Shown here one piece after another: positions 19,738 to 28,791 of a DNA stretch of 64,000 nt. The notes below the pieces were generated by a model. It did not search any database. It was not told the origin of the DNA and saw only the letters and a list, made by a program, of their open reading frames with translations. Each line of letters starts with the position of its first letter. The stretch's first letter is position 1. Source of the DNA: Gammaproteobacteria bacterium (GTDB lineage Bacteria; Pseudomonadota; Gammaproteobacteria; Burkholderiales; SG8-39); NCBI GenBank assembly GCA_041488375.1, contig JBGPPD010000002.1, positions 3,823 to 67,822 on the forward strand. The letters run 5' to 3'. The translations under genes and the position numbers were made by a program.

Positions 19738-20532
19738 TCACCACAAGTGTGCCAGCATGCGCAGCCCTAGCGCGAGCAGCGTCAGCGCGAACACCATGCG
19801 CAAACGCTTCACCGGCAGCCGGTGCGCCAGGCGCGCGCCGAGCGGCGCCATCGGCATGCTGGCGGCCACGACCAGCAGCAGAGCCGGCAGGTACACATAA
19901 CCCAGGCTCCATGGCGGCAGGTCGGACACGCGCATGCCTTGCACTACATAGCCGACCGTGCCCGCCACCGCGATCGGAAAACCGTTCGCCGCGGCCGTGC
20001 CGATGGCGCGTTTCAACGGCAGATTGCACCACGCAAGGAACGGGATCGAAAGGAACGCGCCACCCGCCGCCAGCACGCTCGAAATGGCGCCGATGCCGGC
20101 GCCGGCTGCGAACAGCCCGCCACTGCCCGGCAGCTGGCGCCCGGGCTTCGGCTTGATCTCCACGAACATTTGCGCAGCCGCGTAAAACATGAATCCGGTG
20201 AAGAACACCGCCAGCGGCCGCGTCGGGATGAAGCTGGCGAGCAGCGCGGCCGCCAGCGAGCCCGCGAGGATGCCGGGCGCCATCGCGCGCGCCACCGGCC
20301 AGTCCACGCCGCCGTGGCGGTGATGCGCGCGCACGCTGGAAAGCGACGTGAACGTGATCGTCGCCAGCGAAGTGGCAAGCGCCAGATGCATCATGTGCTC
20401 GCCCGGAAAGCCATTGGCGGTGAATACGAAAACCAGCATCGGCACCATCACCATGCCCCCGCCGATGCCGAGCAGTCCCGCGAGGAACCCCACGGTCACG
20501 CCGATGACGAGGTAAGCCCACCACCAGTCCAC
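19738..20532 (-). CDS. TSUP (TauE/SafE) family anion exporter
   Basis: 264 aa polytopic protein with GTG start and repeated GIGGG-type motifs. Confidence 0.8.
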   Translation of the reverse strand: MDWWWAYLVIGVTVGFLAGLLGIGGGMVMVPMLVFVFTANGFPGEHMMHLALATSLATITFTSLSSVRAHHRHGGVDWPVARAMAPGILAGSLAAALLASFIPTRPLAVFFTGFMFYAAAQMFVEIKPKPGRQLPGSGGLFAAGAGIGAISSVLAAGGAFLSIPFLAWCNLPLKRAIGTAAANGFPIAVAGTVGYVVQGMRVSDLPPWSLGYVYLPALLLVVAASMPMAPLGARLAHRLPVKRLRMVFALTLLALGLRMLAHLW

Positions 20533-21314
20533 TAGCGCTCGCCCAGCAGGTGCGCGACAAGCTCGGCGAAGCCTGCGCCGGCTTGCGCCTGCGTGACGTA
20601 CTTCGGCGGCGCCGGCAGCCGCCCGGCGAAGCGCGCGACGTTCGCGACGCCGACCGAGTTCGCGAAATAGGCGAACATCGGCGCGTCGTTGGGCGAGTCG
20701 CCCGCGTAGGCGTACTGCGCATTCGCCGAATCGAGGTCGGTCGCGAACTTCTCGGCGAACAGGATCCTGGTCATGGCCAGCTTGTCGTAACCGCCAAACC
20801 AGCCGTTGACGTGGATCGAACTGATCTTGGCGGACAGGCCCGCTTCACGCATCAGCGCGGCGATGCGCTCCGCCGCCTCCAACGGCAGCGCCGGCACGTC
20901 CTCGCAATAGTCGATCGCGAGGTCGGCTTCGCGGTAGGCCTGGTCGGACGCCAGCGCACAACCCGGGGCCGCGGCGAGGATGCGCTGCGCGATCGCCGCG
21001 AGGCGCGCGCGCTTGTCGGCGCGCGTTGCCTCCGGGTCATGGAAGCGCTTGTGCAGCTTGCCCGATTCGTGGCGGAAATAGAACGCCCCGTTCTCGCCCA
21101 CGACGGCGTCCACCGGCCACATGCGCGCAATGTGGTCGCACCAGCCGGCGGGGCGTCCGGTCACCGCGATCACCATGCGTCCTGCCTGCTTGAGCCGTTC
21201 GAGCGCTGCGTAGGCCTGCGCGGTCAGCCGGCCTTCGGTGGTCAGCGTGTCGTCGATGTCGAACAGCAGGCCGCGCAGTCGTTCTGCGCCGCGCAACTCG
21301 GCTAGCGGCTTCAT
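20532..21314 (-). CDS. HAD-superfamily (IIB-like) phosphatase
   Basis: 260 aa. Motif I is FDIDDTLT and the distal motif is GDSPND. Confidence 0.75.
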   Translation of the reverse strand: MKPLAELRGAERLRGLLFDIDDTLTTEGRLTAQAYAALERLKQAGRMVIAVTGRPAGWCDHIARMWPVDAVVGENGAFYFRHESGKLHKRFHDPEATRADKRARLAAIAQRILAAAPGCALASDQAYREADLAIDYCEDVPALPLEAAERIAALMREAGLSAKISSIHVNGWFGGYDKLAMTRILFAEKFATDLDSANAQYAYAGDSPNDAPMFAYFANSVGVANVARFAGRLPAPPKYVTQAQAGAGFAELVAHLLGER

Positions 21315-21327
21315 GGAGGGCGCGATT

Positions 21328-22983
21328 CTAGCGCGCCAGGGGCAGCTGCACGCGTACCACCACGCCGTCGCCGGAGCCCAGGTTCGCCGCCTCGATGGCG
21401 CCGCCGTGGAACTCTGCGATCAGCCGTGCCACGTACAGGCCCAGGCCCAGGTGCGGACCGCCGCCCGCGCGCTCGCCCCGCACCGAGACCATCGAGTCGA
21501 ACAGCCGCCCACGCATTTCCGCCGGCAGCAGCGGGCCCTTGTTCTGCACCGACAGCACAGCCGCGCCATCGACTTGCTCCAGGACAATCCGCACCGGCTC
21601 GCCGGACCTGGAGAACTCGACCGCGTTCTCCACCAGCTTGTCGAGCAGTTGCGCCGCGAGATCCGCCGCGCCGGCGACCGGCAGCGCGCTGCCGGGCAGC
21701 TCGAGGTCGAACGGCACCCGCGCATAGGCCAGCCGGTAACCCTCGACACAGCCCCGCACCAGCCCTTCGAGGTCGAAACGCTCGCGCTCGGCGGTGCGCA
21801 GGCTTTGTTCCAGGCGGCTCGCTTCGCTCATTCTTTGCAGAATGGTATTCAGCCGCGCCAGTCCCTGTTCTGCACGCTCGATGTAGGTCCGCGATTCGGC
21901 GGCATCCGTGGCCAGTTTCAGGTTCTCCAGCGAAGAACGCACCACTGCAATCGGCGTGCGCAGTTCGTGTGACAGCCGCCCCGCCATGCTTTCCAGATAG
22001 GCGTGGTGCTGCGCGAGCTTGGCCAGCATCGCGGAAAAGCTGCGTGACAGGTCGCCGATCTCGTCGCCGGCCTCCGAGCCCGCGGACAGGCGCGCGATGC
22101 GGCCGCGCGCATCGATCGCGCTTTCCGCCTCGTCGCGCAGGCGCCGGATGCGATGCGACAGCCAGGAGGCATACGCGATCAGCATCGCCGCGGCGCCGAG
22201 GAAAACCGTCAGCGTGAGGGCGAGCAGCCGTTCCAGCGCTTCGCTGCGCAACGTGGCGATCGGATTGGTGGTCTCCTCCACCACCACCGCGCCCGCGACC
22301 TCGTTGTGGTTCCAGACCGGGTGCGCCGCGGACACGACCACGGCTCGGCCGTCGGCGGTGCGCCGCGTGCGGCTGCCCGGCGTTCCCTGCAGCGCGGCCG
22401 CGATATCGCGTCCGGTGGCCAGCACGTCATCGGGCACCGCCTCGGCAAAATCTTCGCGCGGGCGCCGAATCAGCCAACCGGCAAAAGCGTGCCATGTCTC
22501 GCGCATCAGCCCGCCTTCCTCGGCGGGCGGCTCCGGGCGGCGCAGGCTGCCGGCCAAGGCCAGCACCTGGTAGCGGCGGTTCACCACCCAGATGCGCGAT
22601 TCGGTGCGCTGCACGCCACGCAGGATCGCCGCGATGTCCTCCTGCGCGGCGCGGGCGGCGAGCGCGGCTTCACGCGCCAGGGGAACCGGCGCTGCCGCCG
22701 GATCGAGGAGGCGTCCTTCGCTCTCCGCGATGCGCTGCAGCTCGAGCTCCGCCTCGCGGCGCATGGCGTCGTCCCGCTCCGGCAAGGCCACCAGCAGCTG
22801 CGGGCGATCGTGCAGCGCCGTGGCAATGGCGCGCGCCGTGCCGACGAGCGCTCGCTGCTGGCCCTCCAGCAGCACTTGCTCCAGTTCATTCACGTAGCGC
22901 ACCCCCACCCACGGCAGCGCGAGCAGGACCAGCGCCACCAGCGCCAACCTGGCGCGCAAGCCGAGCCGGAAGCGCCGCTTCAC
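21328..22983 (-). CDS. sensor histidine kinase of the proteobacterial dedicated sortase system
   Basis: Tail of ORF 21328..23829. GTG at 22983 gives a GTGA overlap with the RR stop. TM segment LALVALVLLALPW, large periplasmic region, second TM, H-box LSHELRTPIAV, ATPase domain with the N, G1 and G2 boxes. Confidence 0.8.
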   Translation of the reverse strand: MKRRFRLGLRARLALVALVLLALPWVGVRYVNELEQVLLEGQQRALVGTARAIATALHDRPQLLVALPERDDAMRREAELELQRIAESEGRLLDPAAAPVPLAREAALAARAAQEDIAAILRGVQRTESRIWVVNRRYQVLALAGSLRRPEPPAEEGGLMRETWHAFAGWLIRRPREDFAEAVPDDVLATGRDIAAALQGTPGSRTRRTADGRAVVVSAAHPVWNHNEVAGAVVVEETTNPIATLRSEALERLLALTLTVFLGAAAMLIAYASWLSHRIRRLRDEAESAIDARGRIARLSAGSEAGDEIGDLSRSFSAMLAKLAQHHAYLESMAGRLSHELRTPIAVVRSSLENLKLATDAAESRTYIERAEQGLARLNTILQRMSEASRLEQSLRTAERERFDLEGLVRGCVEGYRLAYARVPFDLELPGSALPVAGAADLAAQLLDKLVENAVEFSRSGEPVRIVLEQVDGAAVLSVQNKGPLLPAEMRGRLFDSMVSVRGERAGGGPHLGLGLYVARLIAEFHGGAIEAANLGSGDGVVVRVQLPLAR

Positions 22984-23669
22984 TCCTTCCAACGGTAGCC
23001 CATGCCGTAGGCCGTCTCGATCTGGTCGAACGCGGGGTCCACTCCCTGGAACTTGCGCCGCACGCGCTTGACGTGCGAGGTCACGGTGCCGTCGTCCACG
23101 ACCAGGTTGGCCTCGCGCATCAGCTGCTCGCGGTTCTTCACATGACCCGGGTGTCTGGCCAGGGCATGCACCATCCAGAACTCGGTGAGGGTGAGCGGCA
23201 CCGGCTTGCCGTGCCAGGCGACGGCGAAGCGCTTCAGATCCAGGCTCAAGGCGCCGCGCTCGATGGTCTCCTCGAGCGCCTGCGGTTCGCGCGAAAGTTC
23301 CGCGCGACGGAACAGCGCGCTGATGCGTGCCAGCAGGTGCGGCAGGCTCACATCCTTGGTCAGGTAGTCGTCCGCGCCGAGGCGCAGGCCCGACACCACG
23401 TCGAAGTCGCTGTCGCGCGCGGTGAGGAAAATGATCGGCAGTGTCGCGGACAGCGCGCGCAACTCGCGGCACAGCGTGAAGCCCGCATCCGCATCGCTGC
23501 CCAGGCCGATGTCGATGATCGCCAGATCCGGCAGGCGCGTGCGCGCCGCGGACAGCGCCTCGGCGCGCCCCGCGTAGGCGCCAACCTCGAATCCGTGCTT
23601 GCGCAGCGCTTCGCTGTAGTTGGCGCGGATGGCCGGATCGTCCTCGACGATGGCGATGCGGCGGGACAT
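22980..23669 (-). CDS. OmpR-family DNA-binding response regulator (dedicated sortase system RR)
   Basis: 229 aa. Receiver domain (IAIVEDD...DLAIIDIGL) plus winged-helix output ending GMGYRW. Confidence 0.85.
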   Translation of the reverse strand: MSRRIAIVEDDPAIRANYSEALRKHGFEVGAYAGRAEALSAARTRLPDLAIIDIGLGSDADAGFTLCRELRALSATLPIIFLTARDSDFDVVSGLRLGADDYLTKDVSLPHLLARISALFRRAELSREPQALEETIERGALSLDLKRFAVAWHGKPVPLTLTEFWMVHALARHPGHVKNREQLMREANLVVDDGTVTSHVKRVRRKFQGVDPAFDQIETAYGMGYRWKE

Positions 23670-23827
23670 GGCGGGCGACTATAGCCCAACGCCGCCGCCG
23701 CCGCGGCGCCTGCCATGGGATTGCCAGAATTCTTCGCCGCCTTTGCTCCGTCCGGACGCGGCGCGGCCTCCGCCGGCTCGTGCAATGCATGCTCAGCAGC
23801 AGCGTCAACTCCGAGGACACCGCCGCC

Positions 23828-25933
23828 ATGCCGAGCCGGACACCTTCCGCCAGCGCCCGCGTCGTCGCCTACGACCTGCTTGCGTTCATCGCGCTTGCGG
23901 TGGCCATCGCCTTGGCCGCCGCCGCGGTGCTGACCGCCACGGTCCTCCTGCTCGCCGGCCGCGCCGAAGCAGCCCCGGGCACCGAGCAGGAGCCGGGCGC
24001 CTTGCTGCTTCGCACTCTGGACGGCAGGCGGGCGGCGAGCGCGCCGCTGCTGTCCACGGAGGTCACCTTCCGCGTCTCCGGCATGCTGGCCAGGGCGCGA
24101 GTCGTGCAGACCTTCCACAACGCCACCGCCGACTGGGTCGAGGGTGTCTATGTGTTCCCGCTGCCGGAAAACGCCGCCGTGGATCGTCTGCAGTTGCGCG
24201 TCGGCGAGCGCCTGATCGAAGGGGAAATCCGCGAGCGCGACGCCGCGCGCCGCGCCTACCAGCAGGCGCGCGCCGCCGGCCAGCGCACCGCCCTGATGGA
24301 CCAGGAGCGTCCCAACCTCTTCACCACCCGCGTCGCCAACATCGGGCCGCAGCAATTGGTCGCGGTCGAACTGGAGTACCAGCAGACCCTGCGTTACGAC
24401 AACGGGCGCTATTCGCTGCGCTTCCCGATGGTCGTGGCGCCGCGCTACATCGCCGGCAACCTCAAGGTATCGGCGACGGAGCAACTCGGCTGGAGCCCGA
24501 ACACGGACCAGGTGGCGGACGCCGCACGCATCACGCCGCCCGTGCTACGGCCCGAGGCGGGACCAGCCAACCCGGTATCGATCCGCGTCGAGCTGGATGC
24601 CGGCGTGCCAATCGCGCAGCTGGACAGCCCCTACCATCCCGTGGACGTGCGCACCATTTCGGCAAGCCGGCGCCTGGTCGAACTGGCTGACGGTGCAGTG
24701 CCGGCCAACAAGGACTTCGAATTGACCTGGGCGCCGCACGCCGGGGCCGCGCCGCAGCTGGCGTGGTTCACTGAGCAAAAGGCGGGTCGCCACTACGGCT
24801 TGCTGATGGTGCTGCCGCCCGCCGCTGCGCCGGGCGCACGGCTCCCCCGTGAAGTCGTGTTCGTGCTGGATACCTCGGGCTCGATGGCAGGCGCGTCGAT
24901 CCGCCAGGCCAGGGACGCGCTCGAGTTGGCGCTGTTGCGGCTCGCCCCGGGAGATCGCTTCAATGTCATCGAATTCAATTCGACGGCGCAGTCGCTGTTT
25001 GCCGGACCGCAGCCAGTGAACCCGCGCAACGTGCGGCGCGCGATCGATTGGGTGCGCTCGCTGCAGGCGCGCGGCGGCACCGAGATGGCCGCTGCGCTGC
25101 AGCTGGCGCTCGACGGCTCCGACGGCGGCGTTCGCGTACGCCAAGTGGTGTTCCTGACCGACGGGGCGGTGGGCAACGAAGAGGCGCTATGCAATCTGAT
25201 CCGCGAGCGTCTCGGCGACACACGCCTGTTCACCATCGGCATCGGCTCGGCGCCAAACAGCCATTTCATGACCAAGGCGGCGCAACTTGGCCGAGGGACG
25301 TTTACCTACATCGGCCGCATCGAGGAGGTGCAGGCGAAGATGGGCGAGCTGTTCGCCAAGCTCGAATCGCCGGTCCTCAAGGGCCTCGAAGTGCATTGGC
25401 CGCAGGGCGTGCACGCACAAGCCTGGCCCACCCGCATCCCGGATCTGTATGCCGGCGAGCCCGTGGTGCTCGTTGTGGCGCTCGAGCGACTCGAGGGCGA
25501 GGTGCGCGTCAGCGGCTTGCGCGACAACCGCACCTGGGAAGCGCTTGTGCCGCTTGCGCTCAACGGCAACGCCGCCGGCATGGGCTCGCTCTGGGCGCGC
25601 GGCAAAGTGGAATCGCTCATCGACTCGATCCGCGAAGGCGCAAGCGAGGAGGAAGTCCGTACCCAGGTCCTCGAGTTGGCCACCGCGCATCGCCTGGTCA
25701 CCAAGTACACGAGCTTTGTCGCGGTGGACAAGTCGCCAGCACTGCCGTCGGACGCGCAGCTCAAGCTCGCCGCCGTGCCGACCAATCTTCCCGAAGGCTG
25801 GGAGGCCGACAAGGTGTTCGGCGAGCTGCCGCAGGGTGCGACCGACAGCCGTTGGGCGATGCTCACCGGGTTGCTGATGCTGCTGCCGGCGCTGGCGATG
25901 CTCTTCGCGCGGCGCCGCCGGAGCCTGGCGTGA
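23828..25933 (+). CDS. VIT + von Willebrand factor A domain protein with a C-terminal sortase sorting signal (sortase target)
   Basis: ORF 23780..25933, likely ATG at 23828. VIT-like region (VYVFPLPENAAV...IGERLIEGEI). vWA MIDAS motif DTSGSM. C-terminus is LPQGATDSRW, then a hydrophobic stretch, then ARRRRSLA. Confidence 0.85.
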   Translation: MPSRTPSASARVVAYDLLAFIALAVAIALAAAAVLTATVLLLAGRAEAAPGTEQEPGALLLRTLDGRRAASAPLLSTEVTFRVSGMLARARVVQTFHNATADWVEGVYVFPLPENAAVDRLQLRVGERLIEGEIRERDAARRAYQQARAAGQRTALMDQERPNLFTTRVANIGPQQLVAVELEYQQTLRYDNGRYSLRFPMVVAPRYIAGNLKVSATEQLGWSPNTDQVADAARITPPVLRPEAGPANPVSIRVELDAGVPIAQLDSPYHPVDVRTISASRRLVELADGAVPANKDFELTWAPHAGAAPQLAWFTEQKAGRHYGLLMVLPPAAAPGARLPREVVFVLDTSGSMAGASIRQARDALELALLRLAPGDRFNVIEFNSTAQSLFAGPQPVNPRNVRRAIDWVRSLQARGGTEMAAALQLALDGSDGGVRVRQVVFLTDGAVGNEEALCNLIRERLGDTRLFTIGIGSAPNSHFMTKAAQLGRGTFTYIGRIEEVQAKMGELFAKLESPVLKGLEVHWPQGVHAQAWPTRIPDLYAGEPVVLVVALERLEGEVRVSGLRDNRTWEALVPLALNGNAAGMGSLWARGKVESLIDSIREGASEEEVRTQVLELATAHRLVTKYTSFVAVDKSPALPSDAQLKLAAVPTNLPEGWEADKVFGELPQGATDSRWAMLTGLLMLLPALAMLFARRRRSLA

Positions 25934-26598
25934 AACCCGAACTCTCGTGGGGCGCGGAATGCGCGTGGCCAAGGCGCGCTTCGGCGCGGAATCTTCGCAG
26001 CGCCTTGTCTTGGAGGTCCCTGGCGCTGGGCCTGTTCCTCATTGGGGCCCTGCAGTTCGGCTACGGCGCGTGGATCCAGGCCAAGGCCTGGCTGGCGCAG
26101 GAACTCATTGCGCGCGCCTGGGCGCGTACGCTCAAGGGCGAGACCGAGGTGAAGCCCTGGCCCTGGGCCGACACTTGGCCGGTGGCGCGATTGTCTGCGC
26201 CCGGCCTGGGAGTCGAGCGCTACGTGCTTGCGGGCGCCAACGGCAGTGCGATCGCATTCGGCCCCGGCCATTTGTCCGGCACGCCGGTGCCCGGAGAGCC
26301 CGGCAACAGCGTGATCGGCGGGCACCGCGACACGCACCTCGCGTTCCTGCGCAAAGTGAAGCCGGGCGACGAACTGGTCATCGAACGCGCGGACGGCGCG
26401 CACGTCGCCTACCGGGTGCGCGAGGCGCTGGTGCTCGACAAACGCGACGTCTGGGTGGCGAAGCAGGAGGGACCGAACCGCCTCACGCTGGTCACCTGCT
26501 TTCCTTTCGACGCGCTGCGCGCCGGCGGGCCGCAGCGCTACGTGGTGTTCGCTTTCGAATCCAAGAACCGCGGCGGCGAGCGCGGGACGCGGGGCTAG
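25930..26598 (+). CDS. class GN (proteobacterial) sortase
   Basis: Tail of ORF 25048..26598. The GTG at 25930 overlaps the target stop (GTGA). N-terminal TM segment, catalytic His context IGGHRDTH, catalytic Cys in TLVTC, downstream Arg (PQRYVV). Confidence 0.8.
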   Translation: MKPELSWGAECAWPRRASARNLRSALSWRSLALGLFLIGALQFGYGAWIQAKAWLAQELIARAWARTLKGETEVKPWPWADTWPVARLSAPGLGVERYVLAGANGSAIAFGPGHLSGTPVPGEPGNSVIGGHRDTHLAFLRKVKPGDELVIERADGAHVAYRVREALVLDKRDVWVAKQEGPNRLTLVTCFPFDALRAGGPQRYVVFAFESKNRGGERGTRG

Positions 26599-26638
26599 CT
26601 TCCTCCTCTAGCCGCCCTCCCCGCTCGCCCGCTTCGGC

Positions 26639-28318
26639 TCAAAAGGTGGCGTAGCTCTTCACCAGGAACTGGACCTTCTTGATGCTCGGGTCCGCATCGA
26701 CCGGGAACGCAATGTCCAGATGCAGCACTTTGGCGGTTGCCGAGCGGTCGTTGAGAAAGCGCAATCCGAAGCCGAAATCGCGCAGCCAGCCGGGGTTGGT
26801 GAGGTTCTCATACGGGCCACCCCAGGCTCGCCCGACGTCGAAGAACACGGCCGCGCCGACGCGAATCAGCTGGAAGGGGTACCAGTCCGTGTAGACCCTC
26901 TCCTCGAGGGTGAACAGAGCGCGCTGGTTGCCGCTCTGATAGCGCATCGGATAGCCGCGCATCCCGCTGTCGCCACCGAGGAGCAGTTGGTCCGAGGCAA
27001 GTGGATTCCTTACCAGGTCAACGCCCGCCGCAGCGTAAAAAAGTCCGCGCGGCCCTTGCTGCAGGAAATAGCGCGTGGAGGCGCCATAGAATTGCCGCTC
27101 GCCACGCCCGTCGCCGTATTGTCCGGAGAGTCTGACCCCGGTCTGCAAGTCGCTGCTGCTGCCCGTGCGAAAGCCCTTGCTGATTTCGCCGGAATACAGC
27201 CACAGGTCCCGCGTCGATCCAAGTCCGGAAGAGGTTCGACCCAGTTGCACCCGCGAGTAGAGGCCCATGGAAACGAATTCAGGGCGGCCGATCTTGTCCC
27301 GGTTGGCCATCTTGACATAGCCGTCCTCGATGACTTCGTAGCGCACAAACGGGTATGCCAGCGTTTGATCGGCGGGCACTTGCGCCGGCGCGGGCAGGGC
27401 CGGGTCGATCTGGTACGCGTCTTCCTGATAGCCGACACCGACGGAATAGCGCTGCACCCATCCGCCCACCAGGCCATCCGACCAGCCGCCGTAGACTTCG
27501 CCCGACTGCTGCTGGTGACGATACTGCGCGACGATGGCGCTATTGGTGTAGATCGAATCGATCTGCTCGAACTTTCCAATGGAGACGCCAAGTGCCCATC
27601 GCGTGTCGAGCGCATAGAAAGGCCGCGCCAGCGAAAACGAGTGCGCGTAGCCGTCGCTGTTGGTGGCGGTCCGGTAGTCGAATGTCGTCCAGTTGCCGAA
27701 GAGCTGGTTGTGGGCGATCTCGAACTCGTTTCCCGAGCGGTCTACCGAGGAGCTGCGCGATACGCCCACGGCGACGCCGGTGCCGAACAGGTTCTGTTCC
27801 TTCACCGACAGTCCGGTCGAATTGCTGCCGCCGCCGCGGCTGAAGCTGCCGCCCGGTTCCAGCGTCCAGGTGTCGCGCGTGCGCACTTCGATGTCGACAA
27901 CGCCGTCGCGAACCGCCGCCGGCCGGATGCTCACGTCATACAGGTAGCGGGTGTTGCGCAGCAGGCGCTCGGACTCTTCGATGAGGCGCAGCGAGACGCG
28001 CTCGCCGCTGCGAAACAACAGCGAACGTTGGATCACGCTCGGGCGGGTACGGATATGCAGCCAGTTCGCCAGCCGGTACAGCGAACTGTTTTCCTTCGGG
28101 TTTTCCAGGTCGAAGATATTCTGCGGATTGATGCGCACCTCGCCGATGACGGCACCGGCCGCCTCGAGCTCGGCAAAGGACGGAACGACCGTGTCGCGCA
28201 CGGCGTCGTCCGCGATCGCGGGCAAGCAGTGGCACAGGGCGGCGATGCAGGCCGACAGCACAAACCGCCTGGACGTCTGCACCATTTCCCGGTGACGACC
28301 CGCGCGCGCCGGCTTCAT
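26639..28318 (-). CDS. Omp85-superfamily outer-membrane protein (POTRA + surface antigen/D15 barrel)
   Basis: 559 aa. The likely true start is the ATG at 28285 (MVQTSRRFVLSACIAALCHCLPAIA signal peptide). POTRA-like N-terminus, barrel rich in G/Y/F alternation, terminal ...SYATF. Confidence 0.75.
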   Translation of the reverse strand: MKPARAGRHREMVQTSRRFVLSACIAALCHCLPAIADDAVRDTVVPSFAELEAAGAVIGEVRINPQNIFDLENPKENSSLYRLANWLHIRTRPSVIQRSLLFRSGERVSLRLIEESERLLRNTRYLYDVSIRPAAVRDGVVDIEVRTRDTWTLEPGGSFSRGGGSNSTGLSVKEQNLFGTGVAVGVSRSSSVDRSGNEFEIAHNQLFGNWTTFDYRTATNSDGYAHSFSLARPFYALDTRWALGVSIGKFEQIDSIYTNSAIVAQYRHQQQSGEVYGGWSDGLVGGWVQRYSVGVGYQEDAYQIDPALPAPAQVPADQTLAYPFVRYEVIEDGYVKMANRDKIGRPEFVSMGLYSRVQLGRTSSGLGSTRDLWLYSGEISKGFRTGSSSDLQTGVRLSGQYGDGRGERQFYGASTRYFLQQGPRGLFYAAAGVDLVRNPLASDQLLLGGDSGMRGYPMRYQSGNQRALFTLEERVYTDWYPFQLIRVGAAVFFDVGRAWGGPYENLTNPGWLRDFGFGLRFLNDRSATAKVLHLDIAFPVDADPSIKKVQFLVKSYATF

Positions 28319-28369
28319 GGAACATGATGCCGACGCGGCGTGCGCCGGGTCAAGCGTGCGGCGCGTACG

Positions 28370-28791
28370 TTACTTGCGGCGTAGCTTGCGGATCGCCGCG
28401 AGCTGCGCGGCGAGCATCGCCAGCTCCCCTTCCACCGCGGCGATCTCCTGCTTGTCCTGCGCCTTGGCGCGGGCCTCTTCGGCCTTCTTGATGGCCTCGT
28501 TCGCCTTCGCCTCATCGAGGTCGTGGCCGCGGATCGCCGTGTCGGCAAGCACCGTGATCACCTTGGGCTGTACTTCGAGGATGCCGCCGGCGACAAAAAT
28601 CAATTCTTCCGCGCCGCCGCCCGCCGGGGTGATGCGCACCGTCCCCGGCCTGATGCGCGTGATCAGCGGCGCATGGCGCGGATAGATGCCGAGCTCTCCC
28701 GCTTCGCCGGGAAGAACGACGAACTCCGCCTCGCCCGAGTAGATCGAGGCTTCAGCGCTGACGACATCGACGTGGATGGTGGCGGTAGCCA

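Noticed and set aside
25947-26654. 235-aa ORF in another frame over the sortase gene
   Set aside because: The sortase frame carries the TLVTC and His motifs and couples to the upstream stop. The alternative frame has an Arg/Gly-rich artefactual composition.
28319-28369. Possible terminator between atpC and the Omp85 gene (GCGCCG...CGGCGC)
   Set aside because: The stem is only 6 bp with an 11-nt loop and no T-run, so a terminator call is not convincing.
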